A stretch of 24,000 nucleotides of DNA. It comes from Longicatena caecimuris (GTDB taxonomy: Bacteria > Bacillota_I > Bacilli_A > Erysipelotrichales > Erysipelotrichaceae). Of the stretch, positions 8,675 to 16,227 are shown in pieces. Location: contig NZ_SMBP01000018.1 in NCBI RefSeq assembly GCF_004341945.1, positions 23,817 to 47,816 on the forward strand, given 5' to 3'. The notes beneath the pieces were generated by a model, which did not search any database, was not told the origin of the DNA, and saw nothing but the letters and a program-made list of their open reading frames with translations. Position 1 is the first letter of the stretch. The number at the start of each line of letters is the position of its first letter. The position numbers were made by a program, and so were the translations under genes.

Positions 8675-10237
8675 ATGTCATTGATATCGCTGCCATTCAT
8701 GCTGTTAGTGACAGCATCTTGTGTGCTTTATTATCTTGCGCCGAAACAGTGGCGATGGTGTATTTTGCTCTTAGCAAATGTCATCTTTTATGTTGCGGCC
8801 TCGCAGGCATTGATCATTTTCCTGATAGGTAGTATTTTGAGTGTATATATCGGCGGCTTAGCTATTAACAAACAGATAAAGCTGCAAAAAGCTACCATAA
8901 AAAGTTTAGAAAAAGACCAAAAGAAAGCCTATAAGGCTATGATGAAGAAACGGAAGCAACTGATTTTGATCGTCGTATTGGCAATCAATATTGGTATCTT
9001 GTGCTATTTAAAATATTACGGTTTTTTTGCCGGTAATCTGAATGCCATAAATGCTTTATTGCATGTTAATGTTAATATCGCAGTAAAAAAATTTGTACTG
9101 CCACTTGGAATCTCCTATTATACCTTAATGGCCATCAGTTACATGGTAGATGTGTATAGAGGCAAATACGAAGCAAGCCCTCAGCTTGGGAAAGTCGCTT
9201 TGTATTTGTCCTTCTTCCCACAAATGACAGAAGGTCCGATCTCACGTTTTGATCAGTTAGCCGATCAATTGTATGCGGGCAATGAATTTGACATTATAAA
9301 ATTCAAGAGTGGTTTATATCTAATTCTTTGGGGACTTTTTAAAAAATTAGTCATCGCTGATCGAGCTGCGCTATATGTGAATCCAGTATTTAGTGGTATG
9401 CATGGAGGTTTTACCGCTTTTTTAGCTGTTGCCTTATATACATTACAAATATATGCTGAATTTAGTGGCGCTATGGATATCGTACGTGGAATTGGCTATT
9501 TGTTTGGTGTTCACATGGAGAAAAATTTTGAACAACCGTTTTTCTCAAAAAGTATAGCTGAATTCTGGCGTCGCTGGCATCGTACGTTAGGGACTTGGCT
9601 AAAAGATTACGTATTTTATTCAATATCATTATCTAAAATGAATATGAATTTGAACCGTTCTGTGAAAAAGCATATGAAAGGGAATTTCGGAAGATTTATC
9701 CTAAGCGCATTTCCCCTCTTTTTTGTCTGGTTTTTCAATGGATTCTGGCATGGCGCCAGCTGGAAATATATTGTATATGGTTTATATTATTATCTAATTA
9801 TGATGATGGGCTTGTTGCTTGCCCCTGTTTTTACGAAAATCAAAGATACGTGGCATCTTCATGAACAGCGAAAAGGCTATCGTCTCTTTTGTATCTTACG
9901 TACGGTATTGATTGTTTTTGGTGGCATGCTGATCTTTCGTGCGCACTCACTAGATGATGCCTTGCAAATGCTGTTGCGGATTTTTACGATGCAGGAAACG
10001 GATATCTTAGCACATGGGCTGACTCTTGTTGATTTTGGCATTTTGATATGGGGATTGGTATTGATGTTTATAATAGCAGGCTTAAAGGAAAGACGTGTAA
10101 ATTTATTTGCATTATTCGATCAGAAAAGTCTGTTGTTGCGTTATGGTATTATCCTTATCATAGGGGTATCCATTATCGTATTTGGTATTTATGGTCATGG
10201 TTATCAAGCAAGCGATTTTATATATGGTGAATTTTAG
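8675..10237 (+). CDS. MBOAT family O-acyltransferase (DltB/AlgI-like) with fused C-terminal DltX-type acyl-shuttle tail
   Basis: 520 aa and polytopic. MBOAT signatures: FPQMTEGPISRF, FWRRWHRTLGTWLKDYVFY, and FNGFWHGASW with the conserved His at res 359. The C-terminus ends HGYQASDFIYGEF-stop, which fits the F-x-Y-x-x-F hexapeptide. Confidence 0.9.
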   Translation: MSLISLPFMLLVTASCVLYYLAPKQWRWCILLLANVIFYVAASQALIIFLIGSILSVYIGGLAINKQIKLQKATIKSLEKDQKKAYKAMMKKRKQLILIVVLAINIGILCYLKYYGFFAGNLNAINALLHVNVNIAVKKFVLPLGISYYTLMAISYMVDVYRGKYEASPQLGKVALYLSFFPQMTEGPISRFDQLADQLYAGNEFDIIKFKSGLYLILWGLFKKLVIADRAALYVNPVFSGMHGGFTAFLAVALYTLQIYAEFSGAMDIVRGIGYLFGVHMEKNFEQPFFSKSIAEFWRRWHRTLGTWLKDYVFYSISLSKMNMNLNRSVKKHMKGNFGRFILSAFPLFFVWFFNGFWHGASWKYIVYGLYYYLIMMMGLLLAPVFTKIKDTWHLHEQRKGYRLFCILRTVLIVFGGMLIFRAHSLDDALQMLLRIFTMQETDILAHGLTLVDFGILIWGLVLMFIIAGLKERRVNLFALFDQKSLLLRYGIILIIGVSIIVFGIYGHGYQASDFIYGEF

Positions 10238-10254
10238 TGAAAGGAGCAAACATC

Positions 10255-11298
10255 ATGAAAAACAGACGTAAATCTATCCTAGCCTTTACATCCTTTATTG
10301 TTATTTTTGCTCTATTATTAAACTTATTTTCCATGATATTAATTCCCAAAGATAATAAGATGAGCAAAACGATACGTGGCTTCTATGAAGAAAAGAAAAA
10401 CTCATTAGATGTTTTATTTCTTGGTGATAGTAGTATGTATCGCAGTATCATACCTGCTAAGTTGTGGAAGGAAAATGGTTTTACCAGTTATGCACTGGGC
10501 GCTCCTTCGGTAAGAACCTATGCTTTGTATTATTTATTGGAAGAAGCATTAAAAATGCAAAAGCCAAAAGTAGTCGTTATGGAAGTGAATTGCGCATTTA
10601 ATGATCATAAATATTCTATGGGAAATAAACGAAAGATTATCGATCACATGAAACTTTCGATGAATAAAATTAATATGATTCAAGATGCAGCATTTCAATT
10701 TTCTTTAACTGATAAAATAAGTTTATTATTCCCTGTCTTTTTATATCATAATCGTTATAATGAAATAAATGCGGTTGATATAGCTGAAACCTTTGGTTCG
10801 CCAATGAATGATACGAAGGGCTTTATTAGTAGCTACAAGCAAAAACCGTATAAAGGGAAGACCAATTATATGCGTGCATCTTCACAGGCGATGTTTGATG
10901 CGAATAGTAAAAAATATATGGATATGATTCATGATATATGTAAAAAGAATCATATTAAGCTTATGTTATTAAAAGTACCGGGTGCCAAAGAATGGAATCA
11001 AAGTAAAAAAGAGGCAGTAGAGTTGTATGCAAAAGAACGACATCTGCCATATTTAGATTTAAATACGAATATGGAGAAGAACATCGATTGGAGAAGGGAT
11101 ACGAATGATTCCGGAGTACATTTGAATATCTTTGGTGCAGAAAAGGTGACGATGGAGCTCAGTCAGTATTTTCGTCGTCATTATCGACTGAAAAAAACAA
11201 CTGATCAAGAAGTAATTACTTCCTTCAATAAAGCTTATCGCTTATTTAATGAGAAACGAAAGTCTTATAAAAGACCTGTCAAGACAGTTACTATTTAA
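10255..11298 (+). CDS. Membrane-anchored SGNH/DltD-like extracytoplasmic (trans)esterase
   Basis: The track start is the GTG at 10237, but the ATG at 10255 has SD AAGGAG 8 nt upstream. One N-terminal TM segment (ILAFTSFIVIFALLLNLFSMILI). A block-I-like motif VLFLGDSSMY and a late DSGVH Asp/His motif are present. The gene occupies the position that dltD has in dlt operons. Confidence 0.7.
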   Translation: MKNRRKSILAFTSFIVIFALLLNLFSMILIPKDNKMSKTIRGFYEEKKNSLDVLFLGDSSMYRSIIPAKLWKENGFTSYALGAPSVRTYALYYLLEEALKMQKPKVVVMEVNCAFNDHKYSMGNKRKIIDHMKLSMNKINMIQDAAFQFSLTDKISLLFPVFLYHNRYNEINAVDIAETFGSPMNDTKGFISSYKQKPYKGKTNYMRASSQAMFDANSKKYMDMIHDICKKNHIKLMLLKVPGAKEWNQSKKEAVELYAKERHLPYLDLNTNMEKNIDWRRDTNDSGVHLNIFGAEKVTMELSQYFRRHYRLKKTTDQEVITSFNKAYRLFNEKRKSYKRPVKTVTI

Positions 11299-11337
11299 GA
11301 ATACCTATTATGAAATGAATCTTACAGGTATATGTAC

Positions 11338-11374
11338 CTCTATATTGGATAATCCAATATAGAGTTTTTTTTTT
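11338..11374 (+). terminator. Rho-independent terminator of the Dlt-like operon
   Basis: CTCTATATTGGA (11338-11349) pairs with TCCAATATAGAG (11353-11364) as a perfect 12-bp stem with a 3-nt loop, followed by a 10-T run. Confidence 0.85.
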
Positions 11375-11381
11375 GACTTCC

Positions 11382-11693
11382 ATGAAGACGGATGATTACA
11401 AAAAAGCTTGTGAATATGCAGGTATTAATTTTGATCAAACATCCTATGATAAAAGCTCGGCATTGCAGAAAAAGACAACGAAAGAAAGCTATGCCGCTAT
11501 GGTATTCAAAGTAGGCAAGCAAAAAGTGTCAAAAAAGAAAGTCACAGTAGATGTTGAAATCATAACTACGGATTATTTAGAAATTATGAATCAGGCCGTA
11601 TATGATACTATGAAAATTAAAAAAGATGATGCATATACATATAGAGTATTTTCTAGTATCAAAATAGAGAAGAATAAGCTTCTAAATTGTTGA
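11382..11693 (+). CDS. Hypothetical protein, possibly a 5'-truncated gene remnant
   Basis: 103-aa ORF from the first ATG; the track TTG start at 11373 lies inside the terminator T tract. No SD, no signal peptide, and no motif I recognise. Confidence 0.3.
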   Translation: MKTDDYKKACEYAGINFDQTSYDKSSALQKKTTKESYAAMVFKVGKQKVSKKKVTVDVEIITTDYLEIMNQAVYDTMKIKKDDAYTYRVFSSIKIEKNKLLNC

Positions 11694-11772
11694 TACCTAG
11701 CAGTTAAAAAAACGATGTATGATACAGCATTTTGTTGTTTGTGTTTTATGAAACAATACAATTAGAATATGC

Positions 11773-11827
11773 AAAAAAAGCGGTATCTACATGCCATATT
11801 AAGATATGGCGAATAGTTACCGTTTTT
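11773..11827. terminator. Bidirectional terminator (serves pepF on the minus strand)
   Basis: Inner stem GCCATAT (11793-11799) pairs with ATATGGC (11804-11810) across a 4-nt loop. Outer stem CGGTA (11781-11785) pairs with TACCG (11818-11822). Flanked by A7 (11773-11779) and T5 (11823-11827). Confidence 0.65.
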
Positions 11828-11842
11828 ATATGAACATAGGGT

Positions 11843-13609
11843 TTATTTGTTATAGGACTCGCTCAGAGTTAAGAATTCATTTACTCTTTCCTCAGCGGTT
11901 TTTAAACAACTGATCCAGAAATCTTTAGAAGTCAGATCAATGTCAGCCAATTTAGCAACATCTTCAACATCGGATACCGTTGTCGCATGTAGCAATTCAC
12001 GATATTTTGGTACGAAAGCATCCTTCATTTCATGATATTTTACAATTAAGCCACGGGCAAATAAACCGCCAAAAGCGTAAGGGAAGTTGTAAAAGCTCAG
12101 AGCTGATGAATAATAATGGCTCTTATTGATCCACATATAAGGATGCAAATACTGCTCATCTAAGCCATCACCATATGCTTGTTTTTGTGCATCCAACATC
12201 ATCGCTTCTAGTTCATCCGGGAATAGGAACCCCTCTTTACGTTTTTCAAATACCTTTTTTTCAAATAAGAAACGAGAATAGATATCACACATAATCTGTG
12301 TAAGATCTTGAAGCTGTGTTTCTATTAATGCCAGTTTTGTTTCACCTTCTGCTTCATCAATTGCAGCATTCATGATGATATTTTCATTAAAGGTAGAAGC
12401 AGTTTCGGCAACTGGCATGGAATAATCTGTATTAAGCATCTTGTGATCCTGGATCATCATACCATGATATGCGTGTCCTAATTCATGAGCCAATGTCACA
12501 ACATCGCCTAAGGAACCATCAAAATTCGTTAAAACACGACTTTGTTTCAAGAAAGGGAGATTTTCGCAGAATGCGCCTCCAACCTTACCCTTACGTGGAT
12601 AGAAATCAATCCATTCATCTGCAAAGGCTTCTTCCATCATATCCGCCATATCCTGTGCAAAAGGCGCAAAATGTTTCAACAGATAGTCTTTTGCTGTTTC
12701 AATCGTGAATTTTGTATCGTCTTTTCCAATAGGTGCAAATAGCTCATACCAAGGAAGTCCGTTTTGATAACCTAACATTTCCGCCTTGCGTTTTAAATAT
12801 TTACGGAATACCGGCATATAATCATCCATGGCCGATAGCATGGCATCTAAGGTTTCCTGTTTCATATGGGACTGATGCAGTGTCATTGCTAATGGAGAAG
12901 CGAAACCGCGCAATTCACATTCTGTTAAGACTTGTGCTTTGATGTTGTTTAAAGAAAAGGCAATAGCATCACGAATCTTGGCATAAGCAGCTAATTCTGC
13001 TTCATAAGCGCGTTTACGCACCTTTTTATCAGAGTCATATGCCAAGTTGCGAATCTGTGAAAGGGTAGTTGTTTTTCCATCATAGTCTACTTCTAAGGTG
13101 CTGGTCAGATAGCTTTGCATGGTTTCCCAAGCCTGTCCTGCCGAGATATCCATCTTGGATAATACTTCTTCTACATCATCACTGAGTAAGTAACGACCAT
13201 CTTCTTGAATCGAATGTAACAAGTAGGTGTATTCCTGTAATGCTTCTTCTTTTTCCAGGCAAGCATCAAGATCTTTTATTTGTGCAATATAGCGATTGAA
13301 TTTTGCTTTTGCTTTTGCCACGTTGCTTGTTTTCTTAGTGATCTTATCTAAATAAGCTGCTGTTTGCGCATCAGTGGTATCACAGCTTTGGCGCAGATTG
13401 GCATATGCCAACAGCTGGTAGCTGACCTGTTCTAATTCATTTAATGTAGTTAGAATTTGTTTCAAGGTAGCAGTTTCATCCTTATCGGATAAGGTGTCTG
13501 CCAAGGTATTGCATTGTGCAATCAATTCATCAAGTTTCTTGATATCTGCTTCAAATTGCGGATCATCATAACCCTTATAGAGGACATCAAGTGACCAAGT
13601 TTCTTTCAT
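11843..13609 (-). CDS. pepF: M3-family oligoendopeptidase (PepF type)
   Basis: 588 aa. Zinc site HELGHAYH with a downstream Glu (ETASTFNE). The length and overall layout are typical of oligoendopeptidase F. Confidence 0.85.
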   Translation of the reverse strand: MKETWSLDVLYKGYDDPQFEADIKKLDELIAQCNTLADTLSDKDETATLKQILTTLNELEQVSYQLLAYANLRQSCDTTDAQTAAYLDKITKKTSNVAKAKAKFNRYIAQIKDLDACLEKEEALQEYTYLLHSIQEDGRYLLSDDVEEVLSKMDISAGQAWETMQSYLTSTLEVDYDGKTTTLSQIRNLAYDSDKKVRKRAYEAELAAYAKIRDAIAFSLNNIKAQVLTECELRGFASPLAMTLHQSHMKQETLDAMLSAMDDYMPVFRKYLKRKAEMLGYQNGLPWYELFAPIGKDDTKFTIETAKDYLLKHFAPFAQDMADMMEEAFADEWIDFYPRKGKVGGAFCENLPFLKQSRVLTNFDGSLGDVVTLAHELGHAYHGMMIQDHKMLNTDYSMPVAETASTFNENIIMNAAIDEAEGETKLALIETQLQDLTQIMCDIYSRFLFEKKVFEKRKEGFLFPDELEAMMLDAQKQAYGDGLDEQYLHPYMWINKSHYYSSALSFYNFPYAFGGLFARGLIVKYHEMKDAFVPKYRELLHATTVSDVEDVAKLADIDLTSKDFWISCLKTAEERVNEFLTLSESYNK

Positions 13610-13641
13610 TTTAGACCTTCTTTCTCTGTTAGATTACCCCT

Positions 13642-13650
13642 ATTATAGCA
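13642..13650 (-). promoter_or_regulatory. Extended -10 promoter TGCTATAAT for pepF
   Basis: The reverse complement of 13642-13650 reads TGCTATAAT, about 33 nt upstream of the pepF ATG. Confidence 0.5.
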
Positions 13651-13758
13651 TAGAAATTCCAAAATGAAGGAGAAGATTATGGAAGGTTTATTTTCTTAGA
13701 AGGAAGAGTGTGTAAGCCGTAAGCAATTCTTCTTTTTTTGATGAATGTGAAGATAATA

Positions 13759-14403
13759 CTATGCTATCTCTTTATGACTTTTCTCATAAATCATACAGGC
13801 AATGCTGATGATGAGAATGGAATAGATGATATAGAAAAAGGGGGCTGCTGGATAGGCCTCAAACAAGGTAATGGAGCCAAAGAGAAAGAAGAAAAAGGAA
13901 GAAACTACTTTAACACTATCTTCACTTAAATGGGCAAAGATAAATTTTCCAGCAAAGATACCAAAAATATTCGCCATGATAAGGCCTAAGGATGCTCCCA
14001 GAAAAACTTGTAGGTGCTGGTCCATGTGATCGGCTGAAAGTGCTACGGTTGCTAATTGCGTCTTATCACCGAGCTCAGCTAGAATAAAGGTAAAGGCAAT
14101 AGAAAAAATAGGCAATCCTAAGGAAATATGATGCCCCTTGCTTTCTTCTTTTGTAATGCGTAAGTTAAAAAAACCAAAGCCTAGAAACATTGCGGCAGCG
14201 GCCAATTTGATAAACTGCATAGGGATCATATCGCCTATCAGATCTCCGGCCAATGTAGAAAAAGCACTGATGATGATGACCCCTAATATCATCCCTAATA
14301 TCACACTTTTCATACGATAGCGATTGGTGAGCGCCATCATCATAAGTTGTGTTTTATCAGCCATTTCCGCGATAAAAACAAATAAAAACGTATGCAGCAA
14401 CAT
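13759..14403 (-). CDS. UPF0016/GDT1 (TMEM165) family cation (Mn2+/Ca2+-type) transporter
   Basis: The ATG at 14403 is preceded by AAGAGGTG; the track start at 14460 has no SD. Two copies of the family signature, AEMADKTQL and AELGDKTQL, each sit at the start of a three-helix repeat. Confidence 0.85.
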   Translation of the reverse strand: MLLHTFLFVFIAEMADKTQLMMMALTNRYRMKSVILGMILGVIIISAFSTLAGDLIGDMIPMQFIKLAAAAMFLGFGFFNLRITKEESKGHHISLGLPIFSIAFTFILAELGDKTQLATVALSADHMDQHLQVFLGASLGLIMANIFGIFAGKFIFAHLSEDSVKVVSSFFFFLFGSITLFEAYPAAPFFYIIYSILIISIACMIYEKSHKEIA

Positions 14404-14544
14404 AAGATCACCTCTTATTTTACTATATGTGAAATAAAGAGCTTTCATGTATAAAATCATCCTTTCCCTGCTGCGACAAAATAAATATGAAGAAGGAAAG
14501 GTGTAAGCGTCAGTAAAATAGGGATTAATTTGAAAAAGCCCTAA

Positions 14545-14575
14545 GCGAAAGAAAACCCGTACGAATCATACGGGT
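14545..14575 (-). terminator. Rho-independent terminator after the M42 peptidase gene
   Basis: On the minus strand, ACCCGTA pairs with TACGGGT across a 7-nt loop and is followed by TTTTCTTTC. Confidence 0.7.
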
Positions 14576-14589
14576 AAGAAATGCATTCT

Positions 14590-15624
14590 TTATTCCTCGC
14601 AAATATAGGCAAGGATCAATTTCATGGTGTTAAGGACACCATCGATATGTGTACGTTCCATACCATGAGAAGCGTGAACACCCGGGCCAATCAATGCCCC
14701 TTTGATATCATTTCCGGCATTTCTTGCGGCACTGACATCTGAACCATATTGTGGATAAATATCAATTGCATAGGATACGGTTTCACGTTTAGCCAGCTCA
14801 ATAAGTTTGCTGGTAAGATCATAATCATAAGGACCACTGGAATCTTTGGCACAGATAGAAACATCTTGTTCTGTGCATGCCAAATCTAAGCCGATGCATC
14901 CCATATCGACAGCTAAAAGTTCAGCAATTTCATCTGGGATATGCGCCATACCATGTCCGACTTCTTCATAGGTGCTCATCATAAAGATCAAATCATAAGC
15001 AGGGGTAATGGCATTTTCTTTTAAATGATGTAAAATGCCCATCAACGCAGAAACGCTGATTTTATCATCTAAGAAACGAGATTTAATAAAACCACTTTCG
15101 GTAATTTGTACTTTTGGATCGATGGCAACAATATCTCCATTTTGAATCCCGAGTTTCTGCGTATCTTCCTTTGTATAAGTGACTTCATCAATGCGTACTT
15201 CCATTTCATCAATTTCACGTTTCTTCGTGCTGGCATCTTTATAGACATGGGCTGCTGGAGAAGTGGATAAAATCGTTCCGCTATAGCATTGACCATCTCT
15301 TGTATAGATACGGCAATATTCCCCATCCAGTGTCGGAATGATAGGACCGCCTAAATTGGTTAAGGCAAGCTTTCCATCACTTTTTATCGAGCGGACCATA
15401 AGACCTAAGGTATCGCAATGGGCGCATAAACCAAGTGTCTTATGATGATGATTACCTTTTACATAGATCCATAAATTGCCTTTGTGATTACGTTTTGTCT
15501 GATATCCGAATCGCTTTGCTTCTTCTTCAACGAAGTCGATGGCTTTTTTGGTATACCCGGTAGGGGAATCAATTGCTAATAACTTTTTTGCGAATGCTAC
15601 AACATATTCTTTATTCATCATCAT
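14590..15624 (-). CDS. M42 family metallo-aminopeptidase (FrvX/YsdC/PepA-like)
   Basis: 344 aa. Metal-ligand contexts CAHCDTLG, DDKISV, TYEEVGHG and VHASHGMERTH. Size and order match M42 glutamyl-aminopeptidase/'endoglucanase' family proteins. Confidence 0.85.
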   Translation of the reverse strand: MMMNKEYVVAFAKKLLAIDSPTGYTKKAIDFVEEEAKRFGYQTKRNHKGNLWIYVKGNHHHKTLGLCAHCDTLGLMVRSIKSDGKLALTNLGGPIIPTLDGEYCRIYTRDGQCYSGTILSTSPAAHVYKDASTKKREIDEMEVRIDEVTYTKEDTQKLGIQNGDIVAIDPKVQITESGFIKSRFLDDKISVSALMGILHHLKENAITPAYDLIFMMSTYEEVGHGMAHIPDEIAELLAVDMGCIGLDLACTEQDVSICAKDSSGPYDYDLTSKLIELAKRETVSYAIDIYPQYGSDVSAARNAGNDIKGALIGPGVHASHGMERTHIDGVLNTMKLILAYICEE

Positions 15625-15654
15625 CTTACCTACTTTCTATTTTTACTTAGTGAT

Positions 15655-16170
15655 TTAACGTGAGATGTACACACCATCACAATCATCAATTTCTTCAACT
15701 TTTACGCGAATCTGTTCCTGTAAAGAGCTAGGAATGTTTTTGCCGATGTAGTCTGCGCGTATCGGTAATTCACGATGACCGCGATCAACCAAGACGGCCA
15801 ATTGTATCTCTTTTGCTCTTCCATAATGCATAATGGCATCCATGGCAGCGCGCACGGTTCGTCCTTTGAATAAGACATCATCTACTAAAATAACTTTCTT
15901 ATCCTTTACCGGCATGGTTTGGTTTGGTAAAGGGTGTGCCTGCTCCAGATCATCACGCCAATGGGAAACATCCAATGCATAACAAGGTACCTGTACTTGC
16001 TCTACACGCGCAATCATTTTAGCTAAACGCTGAGCGAGAATTTCACCTCTGGTCTTGATGCCGACAAGAACGATATCTTCAACACCTTTGTTATGTTCAA
16101 TGATTTCATGTGTAATTCTGGTTAAACTGCGGCGCAATCCTAAAGCGTCGATTATCTCTTTTGTTTCCAT
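15655..16170 (-). CDS. pyrR: Bifunctional pyrimidine operon regulator / uracil phosphoribosyltransferase PyrR
   Basis: The ATG at 16170 follows GGAGGA. Near-collinear with Bacillus PyrR: VLVGIKTRG, the PRPP loop [20 protein letters not shown], and [26 protein letters not shown]. Confidence 0.92.
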   Translation of the reverse strand: METKEIIDALGLRRSLTRITHEIIEHNKGVEDIVLVGIKTRGEILAQRLAKMIARVEQVQVPCYALDVSHWRDDLEQAHPLPNQTMPVKDKKVILVDDVLFKGRTVRAAMDAIMHYGRAKEIQLAVLVDRGHRELPIRADYIGKNIPSSLQEQIRVKVEEIDDCDGVYISR

Positions 16171-16227
16171 GCAGATCCTCCTTGAAAACACTACTCATAG
16201 TATACCTGTTTCCGCCTTTAAACGCAA

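Noticed and set aside
14404-14460. Track-derived 5' extensions of several genes: 14404-14460 (GDT1), 16171-16191 (pyrR), 17768-17827 (DsrE-like), 18193-18210 (NUDIX), 23544-23606 (MTase-GNAT) and 10237-10254 (SGNH-like).
   Set aside because: In each case a downstream ATG has a well-spaced GGAGG/AGGTG-type SD, and the conserved protein family begins there. The longer starts lack SDs.
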